A stretch of DNA of 63,877 bases, filler included, from Octopus bimaculoides (GCF_001194135.2; 6 parts of 6 records of this genome joined end to end with filler, not necessarily neighbours in it), one strand, 5' to 3'; shown: positions 1-12,124, numbered from the whole stretch's first letter. Notes: generated by a model not told the origin, from the sequence alone. A program made the numbers and translations.

Positions 1-9
1 TATGTATGT

Positions 10-324
10 ATGTATGTGTGCACAGTCTGTGACAGACCATGTCTGTCCTTGGCTGGCCTCAAATCTCACCTGCGAACCCATGGAAAACAAACCTCACCCA
101 GCTATTCTGATTATATGTCTGTGCACACGTTTGAATGTGGTGTGTGCCAGAGGGTTTGCAAATCCAATGGGGGTCTTAAAAGACATGTTAGGATCCACAA
201 TGAGCAGAACTTACTTGCAGGTATTGGTAGTGCAAATCAGAGGTGCAATCTGTGTGGCTGTTTTTTCAAAACACTGTCTGGTTTAAAAAGCCACATCAGA
301 CGCCATGAAAGGGCTAAGGTGTAG
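10..324 (+). CDS. ORF with three C2H2 zinc fingers; probably the C-terminus of a 5'-truncated RTE-type LINE rather than a host ZNF gene
   Basis: Three C-x2-C-x12-H-x3-H units (CTVCDRPCLSLAGLKSHLRTH, CGVCQRVCKSNGGLKRHVRIH, CNLCGCFFKTLSGLKSHIRRH). They carry the GLxxHxRxH signature typical of RTE C-termini and have no TGEKP linkers. A ~45-nt 3' UTR runs straight into a (TATG/TA)n tail. Confidence 0.6.
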   Translation: MYVCTVCDRPCLSLAGLKSHLRTHGKQTSPSYSDYMSVHTFECGVCQRVCKSNGGLKRHVRIHNEQNLLAGIGSANQRCNLCGCFFKTLSGLKSHIRRHERAKV

Positions 325-371
325 GTGCAGGAGGTGGTCAAACTCTGTTTAAGGAGTAGACAACCACCATG

Positions 372-535
372 TATGTGTATATATATTTATGTGTGTGTAT
401 ATATATGTGTGTATATGTATGTGTATATATATATATATATGTTTATATATATGTATATATGTAAGTTTATATGTATGTGTATATATATGTATGTATGTGT
501 GTGTGTATATATATATCTCTACATATATATAAGTA
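372..535. repeat. Compound (TA)/(TG)/(TATG) microsatellite
   Basis: Directly visible low-complexity run. Confidence 0.95.
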
Positions 536-1033
536 TAAAACAAGAAAAAAGAAAAATGAGAGAAGAAAAGAGGAAAGAAATCTTGGAGTGTTCGTTTTTT
601 CTTGTTTTACGTCTTTAATTTTCTCTTGTTCTTCCTCATCCGTTCTCGCTTTCTCTCACACAACAGCCAAGTTTGCTTTGAGCCTAACAGATTGCAGCAT
701 GCTACACAAGCCTGTCCGATCACTGTGAAATCTAAGTATAAAACTTGAAGTCGCTCACATTTAAATCCTGTGTTAATTAAATGATACCTCTTGCTGGATG
801 ATAGAGTAATTCTTTGGTTGATCCTACCAATAACGAAACATTATACATACACAGACACTCACTCATGCATATATGCACCATGCTTAGATATATTATAAAT
901 ATAGTTATGGTATATTCTGTAAAGTACGTAGTAGAGTACAGTATAAAGCTCGTCCTCCTTCAGATTTCCCCCTGTGATATCCAGCAGTAGTATTATATGT
1001 ACTTCTGGGTATCTGTCGTGTGTGAATAGAGAA

Positions 1034-1295
1034 TTGAAAAAATTTGGAACCAACAAGAAGGGGTATGGTTGGACATTTATTTTCAGTTACTACAATTGTT
1101 TCTATTGAGTTTCCCTGCATTTTAAGATTTAGTTGTGATTCCTTGTGCTTCCATAACTAGATCTCATAATACAGGGAAACACTTGCATAATCAAGTACCT
1201 GCATGCCTGGAGAAATACTTTGTGTAGAAACAATTGTAGTGATTGAAAATGAATGTCTAAATGCACTTTTTCTTGTTGACTCCAAAGTTTTTCAA
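1034..1295. repeat. Imperfect inverted repeat, 71-bp arms (1034-1104 / 1225-1295)
   Basis: Reverse complement of the left arm aligns without gaps to the right arm at about 57/71 identity, mostly transitions. Confidence 0.85.
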
Positions 1296-1324
1296 ATTTT
1301 TTTTAGCAATATCATAAATATAAA

Positions 1325-1800
1325 TACATGTGTGGTAATTATCTTGCTTACCAGCCACATGGTTCCAGGTTCAGTCCCACTATGTGGCACCTTGGGCAAA
1401 TGTCTTCTACTAAAGCCTTGGGCCGACCAAAGCCTTGTGAGTGGATTTGGTAGACGGAAACTGAAAGAAGCCCATCTTATATATATATATATATNNNNNN
1501 NNNNNNNNNNNNNNNNNNNNNNNNNNNNNNNNNNNNNNNNNNNNNNNNNNNNNNNNNNNNNNATATATGTGTGTGTGTATGTATGTATGTATGTGTGTGT
1601 GTGTGTGTGTGTCTGTGTTTGTCGCTCCAACATTGCTTGACAACCGATGCCCCGTAACTTAGCAGTTCAGCAAAAAGCGACTGATAGAATAAGTACTAGG
1701 CTTACAAAGAATAAGTCCTGTGGTCGATTTGCTTGACTAAAAGCGGTGCCCCAGCCTAGCTGCAGTCAAATGAATGAAACAAGTAAAAGAATAAAAGAAT
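1325..1800 (+). mobile_element. tRNA-headed SINE, family B (head ...TGTGTGGTAA...GGTTCAGTCCCAC, internal microsatellite, tail ...TGAAACAAGTAAAAGA)
   Basis: A/B-box-like head. The same body recurs at about 3082-3508(-), 16493-16910(+), 28583-28775(+), 50150-50480(-), with further partial copies. Confidence 0.85.
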
Positions 1801-3081
1801 CTACAGATATATGCTTATATTTACATATACGAATATGTGTATGTATGGATATAAAAAATAAATATGCATACATGTGTGGGGATGGGGATGCATTTCATAA
1901 CATAAATGAATATCAAGTTTTAACGTTGTTGTTATAACAAGTTTTTGTCTTACTGTTTTTCGGCCCTACTAAAACTTTCATTACAATATAGAACAACATA
2001 TAGGTACTATGTAGTCATGCATTTATTTATACAATACTTCGCTTTTCTGTTTTCGCTTGTGATATTGTTGATATTTAGTTTGCACCGTGTTTGAATATAA
2101 GTATCGTAACAAATGTGTACCCTGTCAGAATGAACAAATATTTTCTCAGGGAATTTAAACACTCTTTCCTCTTTTTTTTAGTGCCATTTAAATGTATACG
2201 TTTCAGAACAAAATGTTATCTCCATCTTCTCAAAACTAATGCTTTATAAAAATTCTATTATTTTGTTGTGATGTTGGGGTAACAATCAGTTTTCATAAAA
2301 TCATAGTTATGATCACTATGGGCATTGGTTGAGGTTATGTCAACTAAGCATGGTTTCCAGTGCATCCATTTTATCTGATTTTAGTAAATGTTTTAAGTAG
2401 ATAAATACAGTAAATACAGTATCAACCGAGTATTGGTGTCGGTGTAATCACTATTCCCTCTCCTTAAAATTACTTACCTTGGGCCAAAATTCAAACCTGA
2501 ATCCCTAGATACGCAGTCAGACACCATGAACAAACCACCATAGTTTCATGCGATCAGTCTATTAACCGACTAATCAGCATGAAGGGATGGCATGGACAGG
2601 TTTTGTTGAAAATTATAGATTTTTATTTCCAGTCCCTTATAAAAACCATTCGGTGTGAATTTTTAGGAGCCAGACGATTCAGAAAGGTGACTAAGGCAAA
2701 TGGCGTACATAGTTGACAGGAACTTTCATCACCACGAATATAGCACAATTATTTCCAGTAATGTTGGGCAAGTTGTTTGTTGTTGTATCAGTGGCTTGCC
2801 AAAAACTCCTGGCACTGTCTTTCTCCCAGTATGTAATTATTGCTGTTGTGATCTGTAAAATCCCTACGCAGTTTATCTTTATGTGCGATAATAAAATTTT
2901 CGTTAGATGCTCGCAGATGTTGTTCACTTCTACACACAACCCCAAAAAACATATATTTACTCATGGACCCTAACAGACAAACCAACAACAGCCAACATTC
3001 ATAGCCTGTGACACTATTATTTTTATCTGTTGCTGTTTGCAATACTTATTTTGATTTAATGCAAGTCTGGTCAGCTATACT

Positions 3082-3310
3082 CTTTACTCTTTTACTTGTT
3101 TCAATCATTTGACTGCGGCCATGCTGGAGCACCGCCTTTAGTCGAGCAAATCGACCCCAGGACTTATTCTTTGTAAGTCCAGTACTTATTTTATCAGTCT
3201 CTTTTGCCGAACCGCTAAGTTACGGGGACGTAAACACACCAGCATCGGTTGTCAAGCGATGTTGGGGGGGGGGGGCAAACACAGACACACAAACATATAC
3301 ACACACATAC

Positions 3311-3345
<35 letters not shown>

Positions 3346-3508
3346 CGACGGGCTTCTTTCAGTTTCCGTCTACCAAATCCACTCACAAGGCTTTGGTCAG
3401 CCCGAGGCTATAGTTGAAGACACTTGCCCAAGGTGTCACGCAGTGAGACTGAACCCAGAACCATGTGGTTAGTAAGCAAGCTACTTACCACACAGCCACT
3501 CCTGCGCC
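3082..3508 (-). mobile_element. SINE family B copy
   Basis: Near full-length reverse complement of the 1325-1800 element. Confidence 0.9.
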
Positions 3509-3517
3509 TAAAGAAAT

Positions 3518-3972
3518 CAGCCAAAGAAGAAATATGGTATAAATCAGCAAATATTTTGTTTGTTAATTTCTATACTGAAACCAAGATTCTGACATGAGTC
3601 AATATGACAGGGTGTGTTCATCTCGGAAAAAGCCAGAAGTCGAAACACTGGTGTCTAACTATCTGCTGAAGTCCTGCTGAGTGAGTTCTTTTTCTTAAAT
3701 TACATTAATTCAACCCGAGACTTATGTTACGAGTGCGGAATACTCAGCCAATTATACGATAGTTCAGGAGCAGATAATTCAGTTGATTCATCGAACAACC
3801 GGATATTGAAATATTTATTGTGAAACGACACAGATTCACCATCATATAATTAAACGCATTTGTGTGTATGTATGTATATTTATATATTCTTTCATTCATT
3901 TCAGCCATGCAGCTGCGGTCATGCCGGAGCTCCATCATGATTTTGTACCTTTACATATTTCTTCTTTGGCTG
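3518..3972. mobile_element. MITE-like element with perfect 19-bp terminal inverted repeats
   Basis: CAGCCAAAGAAGAAATATG at 3518-3536 and its exact reverse complement at 3954-3972; non-coding interior. Confidence 0.7.
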
Positions 3973-4031
3973 TAGAGCGCCGCGTCTTGGGCGGCGTCCA
4001 GTGCGCTCTCGGCGGCCCTGGAAAATCCGGG
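3972..4031 (+). rRNA. ~60-bp 28S rRNA fragment (pseudogenic)
   Basis: GTAGAGCGCCGCGTCTTGGGCGGCGTCCAGTGCGCTCTCGGCGGCCCTGGAAAATCCGGG closely resembles the metazoan 28S segment ...AGCGTCGCG..GCGGCGTCCGGTGAGCTCTCGCTGGCCCTTGAAAATCCGGG as I recall it. It is a GC/CpG-rich island in AT-rich DNA. Confidence 0.75.
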
Positions 4032-4034
4032 TCC

Positions 4035-4295
4035 GTAATTCTCAGAGAGACTCAGTGTGACAGTGTGTGACAAGGCTGGCCCTTCGAAATACAGGTACAA
4101 GAGAAACAGGAAGAAAGAGTGAGAGAAAGTTGTGGTGAAAGAGTACAGCAGGGTTCGCCACCATCCCCTGCTGGAGACTCTTGGAGCTTTAGGTGTTTTT
4201 GCTCAATAAACACTCACAATGTCCTGTCTGGGAATCAAAACTGCAATCCTATGTCTGTGAGCCTGTTGCCCTAGCCACTGGGCCATTGTGCCTCC
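4035..4295 (-). mobile_element. tRNA-headed SINE, family D-like copy
   Basis: Shares GGGCCAGCCTTGTCACAC..TGTCAC.CTGA.TCTC.CTGAGAA with the copies at 8699-9005 and 19205-19515; tRNA-like head at about 4200-4295. Confidence 0.75.
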
Positions 4296-4346
4296 ACATA
4301 TATTCATACATAAACATATACATACATACATACATACATGCATACA

Positions 4347-4406
<60 letters not shown>

Positions 4407-4813
4407 AAATATAGAGATGCCTATAATAGGACATCTAACCCGCTAGAAAGAGCAGCAAAATGCTCTATACCACAAAAATAGGGAGAATTTCGAAAGAGAA
4501 TGAAAAATAAAAACATTTTTACCAGTCTATACTCTGTACCATGGTTTCAAGCTATTTAGCAAGATAAAAATATATCTAACTCGGGAGCTTTCGTCAGCAG
4601 AGTTCCGGATTAGCGTGTAAACACGAGCCAAGGAAGGAAACTGACTCGAGTTTACAAGCTTAATTTCTCAAAAATTAACCACGCATGTGCGCATTAACTA
4701 ATTGGCAGTAAATGTAAAACAAATGCCGATTTTCTTTCAGAAATTAGCCCAAAAATATAATATTATTATTAATCATAGGGCAGCAAAAAGAAATTTTAGA
4801 AATNNNNNNNNNN

Positions 4814-4852
<39 letters not shown>

Positions 4853-6029
4853 GTGTATGTATGTATATGTGTTTATAATGATATATATAACAATTGATAG
4901 AGACAGAAAGTGATTGGTGTTAGGATGAGTTTCTGGCCATATAGACCATCCACCCTAAGTGGACAGTCGGAGCTTGATGTAGTTCCACAGTCCTTTGGTT
5001 CATCAGATCATGTCAAACTATCCAACTCATGTCAGCATGGAGAAATGGACACCACATGCTGATGGTGATGGTAACAATGATGATGATCATGATGATGATA
5101 CGGTCTGCTCAACCAGGATTTTCCTGGGGCTTGAAGAAACACCACCAACAACAGCAGCATGGTTCTTTTGGGAAACCATCACTGAAACAACAGTTGCAAT
5201 GTAATCATAAAGAAAAATGGAGAAAACAAAACGAGGAAAAGAAAAGAAACAAAGAAAAAGGTTTGAGATGTTAAACAGAGGCTTGAAGATAATCGATTGG
5301 GAAAATAAGGAGATCAATGAAATTCAATGGCAAAAATTGTAAAGGAATGTTTCTGATTATCTAGAGAATGCTGCCATCTATTGGTTAAATGTCTGCTACA
5401 CCGACAACTGAGAAATCTCCAAGAGTGAGGAATATAGGGAATTTTGGCTACGATGAAATGAATGAAAATATTTCCCTTCAATGGAGATTTATTTGTTTAA
5501 CAATTGTTTTTGTTGTTATTGTCGCTGATAAATTTATTGCTGTGTTGCTTTCGTTGTTGTTGTTGTTGACATTACTTTTGGATTGCAGCATTTGATTTTG
5601 TTGTTGTTGCGGTTATTGTCTCATTCAAATGTTCTCTCGGTTTTCTGTATTCATTTAATAGTTGCCGTTATTGTTGTTATATTTTTGTTGCTGTTTTTGT
5701 TTGCCATATTATTGTTGTTGTCGTTCATATTGTTGTATTCCTTCTTCTATTTCCACTATTCGTTTAGCAGTTGCTGTCTTTAATGTTACTGATGTTATTT
5801 CTCTTGTTGTTTGTGTTCCTGTTGTAGATACTGTTACTGTTATTGTTCTGCTCCTTTTATATTCTATATTTTATTTTTCTATCATTTTTACGAAAACCCC
5901 TTTTCATAAATGATTTCATTTCTGTGGTGATTCTCAGTACCATGTAAATTGGGAGATATTTGGAACGCAAGTCTTCATATGCAGAACAAATTCCAATGTA
6001 TGTATATGTGTATAAGTCGATGATCTGGG

Positions 6030-6460
6030 AGAAACGTTAACACACCGGGTAAAATTCTTAGTCTGTCTTTATGTTCTAAGTTCAAATTCTGCTGAAGTCG
6101 ACTTTGCCTTTCATCCTTTCGGAGTCGATAAATTAAGTACCAGTTGTGTACTGAGGTCAATTTAATCAACTGATCCCCCCCCCCCTCAATCCCCAAAAAT
6201 TTTGGGCCTTGTGCCTAGTGTAGAAAAGAATATTTGAGTATCCAAAAAGACAGCAGGCTGGCAGAAACGTTAGCACGCCGGGCGAAATTCTTAATGGTAT
6301 TTCACCTGTCTTTAAGTTCTGAATTCAAATTCCGCTGACGTCGACTTTGCCTTTCATCCTTTTGGGGTCAATAAATTAAGTACCAGTTGCGTACTGGGGT
6401 CAATCTAATCGACTGGCTCCCTCCCCAAAAATTTGGGCCTTGGTGCTGAGACTAGAAAAA
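6030..6460 (+). mobile_element. Two adjacent copies of SINE family A (GGCAGAA.CGTTAGCAC...GAGTTCAAATTCCGCCGAGGTCGACTTTGCCTTTCATCC)
   Basis: Most abundant repeat in the window (more than 20 copies), with a B-box-like GAGTTCAAATTCC. Confidence 0.85.
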
Positions 6461-6474
6461 AATATATATATATA

Positions 6475-6700
6475 TCATCATCATCATCATAGATTAACGT
6501 CCATTTTCCATGTTGGCATGGGTTGGGCGGTTTGACTGAGGTCTGGAAATCCAGCAGCTGTACTAGGTTCCAATCTGGTCTGGCAGAGTTTCTACAGCTG
6601 GATGTTCTTCCTAATGCCAAGCACTCCAAGAGTGTAGTGGGTGCTTTTTACGTGCCACTGGCACAGGGGCCAGTGAGGCAGTGTGTGAATGAAAGAGTGG
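6475..6700 (-). mobile_element. SINE family C copy (RTE-like (GAT)n tail)
   Basis: Reverse complement ends ...CCAACCCATGCCAACATGGAAAATGGACGTT..(GAT)n, as in other family C copies. Confidence 0.8.
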
Positions 6701-6854
6701 TGTGAGGAAGGGGAGACTGGCTAACTGGAGGGATAAGATTGTTGGACAGATGAGTGGATGGAATCTATAATGATCTTTGATAAAATAAGCAGCAGCTATG
6801 ACAGCAACGACAAAAAAAACAACTTGGAACAGAATAATAATAATAATAATAATA

Positions 6855-7435
6855 ATCCTTTCTACTATTAGCACAAGGCCTGGATTTTGAGGGGAGTGGG
6901 GCCACTCGATCACATCGACACCAGTACGCAACTGCTACTTAATTTTATCAACCACGAAAGGATGAAAGGCAAAGTCAACCTCGGCAGAATTTAAACTCAG
7001 AATGTAATGACATGAAATGCTGCTAAGTCTTCTTTTCTACTCTTGGCAGAAAGCCCGAAATTTTTGTAGAGGGGCCAGTTGATTAGATCAACCCCAGCAC
7101 GCAACTGGTACTTAATTTATTGACCCTGAAAGGATAAAAGGTAAAGTCGACCTCTGCAGAATTTGAACTCAGAATGTAAAGACAGACGAAATACCACTAA
7201 GCATTTTGCCCGGCATGCTAACGATTCTGCCAGCTCGCCACCTTCAAATCATGATAATAATGGCTTCAAATTGTTTTTGGCCCTTTGTCAGCAAGTTAAG
7301 GAAAGGAGTAAGTTGATTACATCGACCCCCAATGCTCAACAAGCACTTATTTTATTGACCCCGAAAGGATGAAAAGCAAAGTTGGCCTGAGTAGAATATG
7401 AACTCAGAAAGTAACGACGGCTGAATTGTCAGTAA
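6855..7435 (-). mobile_element. Cluster of three family A SINE copies
   Basis: Repeated GGATGAAAGGCAAAGTCGACCTCGGCGGAATTTGAACTCAGA motif. Confidence 0.8.
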
Positions 7436-7483
7436 GTATTTTGTCAGATGCGCTAGTGCATCTGCCACCTTGCCACACACACA

Positions 7484-7497
7484 ACAACAACAACAAC

Positions 7498-7578
<81 letters not shown>
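7484..7578. repeat. (AAC)n(AAT)n microsatellite
   Basis: Directly visible. Confidence 0.95.
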
Positions 7579-7582
<4 letters not shown>

Positions 7583-8220
7583 TGGTGTATCTTTCATGTT
7601 GATGAAGAAAGAGANNNNNNNNNNNNNNNNNNNNNNNNNNNNNNNNNNNNNNNNNNNNNNNNNNNNNNNNNNNNNNNNNNNNNNNNNNNNNNNNNNNNNN
7701 NNNNNNNNNNNNNNNNNNNNNNNNNNNNNNNNNNNNNNNNNNNNNNNNNNNNNNNNNNNNNNNNNNNNNNNNNNNNNNNNNNNNNNNNNNNNNNNNNNNN
7801 NNNNNNNNNNNNNNNNNNNNNNNNNNNNNNNNNNNNNNNNNNNNNNNNNNNNNNNNNNNNNNNNNNNNNNNNNNNNNNNNNNNNNNNNNNNNNNNNNNNN
7901 NNNNNNNNNNNNNNNNNNNNNNNNNNNNNNNNNNNNNNNNNNNNNNNNNNNNNNNNNNNNNNNNNNNNNNNNNNNNNNNNNNNNNNNNNNNNNNNNNNNN
8001 NNNNNCTTGTATAAATATATGTGCATGCATGTATATTATATGTATGTATGTATGTATGCATTTAATTTATAGCTTATTCTTCTATCCGTTTATTGCAAAT
8101 TTAAGGGATTGACGGATTTCTCTGTGAGTTGCAATTGGCATATTTTATAGCTGGAAGTTAAGTTTTTCAGTGGCTTGGGTTTTGTAGCTTTCATTGTTGT
8201 TTGGTTGGTTATATATATGG

Positions 8221-8264
<44 letters not shown>

Positions 8265-8698
8265 TCACACAAACACATATGTGCATATATACATGTACAT
8301 ACGTGTGTATGCATGCATTTTGATATACCTCTTTTTTCTTTCTTTCACTTTAGTTTCTGTGTTCATTACTGTGCTGCAACGATACCATTTTTATTTACTA
8401 TTTACCATTCTACATACAATTATCTGTTCATTTGTATGAAGAAAGAAAACAACAAAAATTATGTTTCTTTTTATTTTTTTTTTATATTCTCTATAATACA
8501 TTACTCATTCTACCATTGCTAATATTTCTTCTTCCTTTCCACCTCATAGTTCTATTATTGAACTTATTTTCCAATCATTCTCAATGCGTTCCACTATACA
8601 TTACGGTAAATATATTCATCCTAATACCATTACACAGTACATTTCTGAATCTGCTAGACTTAATGCATATATTTTTTTCAGTGTATGTATGCATATGT

Positions 8699-9005
8699 AG
8701 TGAAGGCGCGTGACTTAGTGGGTTAGGGTATTCGTCTCACAATCATAAGGTCGTGTTTTCGATTCCTGGCGGTGCATTGTGTCATTCAGCAAGACACTTT
8801 ATTTAACATTGCTCCAGTCCACTTAATTAGCTAAAATGAGTAGTAACTGTAATTCAAAGAACTGGCCTTGTCACTTCCTATGTCACACTGAATCTCTTTG
8901 AGAACTAACATTAAGGGTACATACGTCTGTGAAGTGCCCAGCCACTTGCACGTTAATTTCACGAGCAGGTTGTTTCGTTGATCGTCATAACTGACAGAGT
9001 ACCAG
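8699..9005 (+). mobile_element. tRNA-headed SINE, family D
   Basis: Head GTGAAGGCGCGTGACTTAGTGG..TCGATTCCTGG; near-identical copy at 19205-19515. Confidence 0.85.
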
Positions 9006-9204
9006 TGTTAGGTATCTATACATACATATATACATATATATACGCACTTACATGGACATGTATATGCATGTGTTTGTTTGTGTGCATCTCTAGAAAGTCT
9101 GCCTCCCAACCGCATGGTTTCATGTTCCTTCCCACTGCATGCCAGCTTAGGTGTCTTCTACTATAATCCCAGGCAGACCAAAGTTTTATGATGGAATCTG
9201 AAAG

Positions 9205-9465
9205 AAGTCCATGCCGGTGGTACGTAAAAAGCACCATTCAAGTGTGGTTGATGCCAGTGACAACTGACTGGCTCTTGTGCCAGTGGCACGTAAAAAGCAC
9301 CCACTACATTTTCGGAGTGGTTAGTGTTAGGAAGGGCATCCAGCTGTAGAAACTTTGCCAGATCAGATTGGAGCCTGGTGCAGCCTTCTGGCTTGCCAGC
9401 CCTCAGTCAAACTGTCCAACCCATGCCAGCATGGAAAGTGGATGATAAACGATGATGATGATGAT
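9205..9465 (+). mobile_element. SINE family C copy
   Basis: GTGCCAGTGGCACGTAAAAAGCACC units, AGGAAGGGCATCCAGCTGTAGAAAC core and (GAT)n tail. Confidence 0.85.
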
Positions 9466-10214
9466 GGCTGACCATCTAATATGGCAGCACAGATTATTAA
9501 CGTTTTTTAAAGTTTTGTTTTCTCTCTAGGCTGCTTCTGTTTGGTAATTTCATTACTGTGTACATTGCACATTTCTCCTAAGTGTTCGTTATGAGTGATA
9601 GCAACTGTGGATATGAAGATATTAATATTCCAGAAATAAACGTCACATGATTCCATCTGCTCTCCAGTGACATCATCGATAACTTTCAACATTAGAGAAG
9701 TTGGATTTTTCTTAATCTTGTTAAGAGTGGCCTGTCACTCAATGATAGTTTCGAAAAAGTGGTAAAGTTTTCTACAGGTTGTGCTTTCAAGATATTTCTA
9801 AGTTGAATATATTCCACAGTTGTCTCTGTCGACTCAGCTACATTTGGACATAAATGGGGGTTTAGGGATGATGGCAGCATTTTGTTTTACATAATTTTCA
9901 CTCTTTCTTCTGTCTGGCAAATTTTGCCTAATTCTCCACAACCACTTCACAGAGTACATCAGGTGTTTTTTACACGACACCGGCACTGAGGTCACCATGT
10001 AAGTCACAAGACAAGGCCCTGATCAAGTGAGGTGGTAGGGAGAGCGTAATATTGAGGGAGGTGGTTTTATACCAGGTGAAGAAAGGTTAAAATAAGGGAG
10101 AACAACAGGAATAGATGTGGAGGGGATACAGGTTTACCTCAGTTTGAAAAGGGAGACTACGGTGATGAAGATATATCAGGGCATACCCTCATGTTACAGG
10201 ATGGTAAATCCACA

Positions 10215-10450
10215 CACATCTCATACCTGTACCAGCACAATCTTCGTTCTTGTACACTGCAGATGATTTTTCATATATATCCAGTTTTCCTCTGAGCTCC
10301 TTTGTACTGTTGTTCACGCACACTAACATTACACATCCAATTGAGTAAGCTCACTTTGTTGCTTTCTAGCCTTTACAAATGTTCTACATTGAAGTCCCAT
10401 ATTTCAGTACCCTGCAGCATCACAGTCCATACACAAGTATTATACAATCA
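10215..10450 (-). mobile_element. Degraded RTE-clade LINE, post-RT C-terminal fragment
   Basis: Minus strand reads LYNTCVWTVMLQGTEIWDFNVEHL*RLESNKVSLLNWMCNVSVRE...VQERRLCWY, matching the RTE pattern LYxxCVRxxMLHGSETW...RRLRWYGHV. Confidence 0.75.
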
Positions 10451-11884
10451 AACCATCCAACTCATGCCCGCATCAAAAACGAACGCTAAATGTTGATGAT
10501 AATGAAGATAATGATGATGATGATGATAAGCTTCCACTGCTAAACTGTGTTGAAACTTATCATCATCATCATCATCATTTAACTCTGTTTTTGATGTTGG
10601 CATGGGTTGGACGGTTTGACAGGATCCGGCAAGCTGGAGAGCTGCACCAGGATCCATTTGTCTGTTCTGGCGAAGTTTCTATGGATGGATGCTCTTCCTA
10701 ACACTAACCGCTTTACAGAGAGTACTGGCTTTTTATGTGGCACCAGCAGATGTGCTTTTTACGCGGCACCAGCACATTCTATGTGGCATGTAATGTGTGT
10801 GAGTGTTTTTGTGTCTCTGGTTATGCCCCACCCCTATCCTAATATTTGACAGCTGAGATTAATTTGCTTATGTCCCTGTGATCTAGCAGTGTGGCCAAGA
10901 AGACCGACAGAATAAATACCAGGCTTTAAAAAGTGAGTACTGGAGTCGATTTGTTTGACTAAACTTTTCAGGATTCTGCCCCAGCATGGCCACAGTCCAA
11001 TGACTGAAAGAAGTGAAAGGTCAAAGATATTGGTCAGTCCGTGTAGAGCTAACAGCCACCACAAATAACAGCTTCGTGTATTTCAGGCAAATATCCAAAT
11101 TTAAAAACCTGTACAACTTTATATAGCAACAGTAAAAAAAATTTGTTAGTGTTGAAACAAATGCAGCCATATATCAACGCCAGGTGTCAATGCAAAAGGA
11201 TAGATCATTTGAACAAGAACTATTTGTAAATTATCAGTTTTCAATATATATTTGATCACCTGATTTCTCAAGTTTCTCACCAAACAGCATCATAAACATC
11301 GAGTTAGTTCCAAATAAACAAGTTTCGAATAATTTTTTTTTTTATCCTTGTTTATTTTTTGTTTTGTTTTTTTGTTTTTTTGGTTGGGATATTTTATTCA
11401 ATTTTATTTATTTCTTATGAGAAAATATCAATTAAAATAATGAATATGAAAAATTCTTCCGATCAGTTTCATAATAATAGAAAATAAAAAAAAATCAATT
11501 TCTGTCCAAGTTTCTGAAACATCAATATACCATTCTAAATCTCTTTTGGCAATATTCTGAAACCTGTGGAGAAAATATTGACCAATTCTTCAAAATGTTT
11601 ATTTTCTGCATTGGAAACATAACATACAGCTTTAATTCCAAAGCTATTTTTAAAATATCAATTTCAGTTTTCTTATTTGTGAAGAATTCAAGTAATTTAA
11701 TATATTTTTGCTGTTATTATTATTATTATTATTTTTACTTTTAATCAACATGTTTATTACAGTCACTTGCTGAGACATACCTGGCGTCTTGAGGCAAGTG
11801 AAGGCTAAGAGATGTTACAGCATAACCGAAAGCTTAGGGAAGGGATGTAGTGAAATATCTTCATGTTATACAACACAGACATGA

Positions 11885-12112
11885 GGGCGGCGAGCTGGCA
11901 GAATCGTTAGTACACCAGGCGAAATGCTTAGTGGTATTTTGTCTGAGTTCAAATTCCGCCAAGGTCGACTTTGCCGTTCATCCTTTCAGGGTCGATTAAA
12001 TAAATACCAGTTATACACTGGAGTTGATGTAATCAACTTAATCCCTTTGTCTGTCCGTGTTTGTTCCTTCTATGTTTATCCCCCTGTGGGCAATAAAGAA
12101 ATAAATGCAACA
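11885..12112 (+). mobile_element. SINE family A copy
   Basis: Full family A consensus. Confidence 0.85.
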
Positions 12113-12124
12113 GACATTTAAATA

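Noticed and set aside
325-618. ORFs of alternating Y/I/C/V/H/T residues here and at 16508-16744, 22364-22786, 31813-32300, 34454-34737 and 35418-36189
   Set aside because: Translations of dinucleotide and tetranucleotide microsatellites.
560-725. Minus-strand frame DRTGLCSMLQSVRLKANLAVV-TGA-EKARTDEEEQEK, suggesting selenocysteine read-through
   Set aside because: No recognisable selenoprotein motif or SECIS; the downstream part is purine-rich low complexity.
7352-8072. Long ORFs here and at 18496-19010, 19452-20158, 45493-46399 and 60107-61041
   Set aside because: They are open only because they run through N-gaps.
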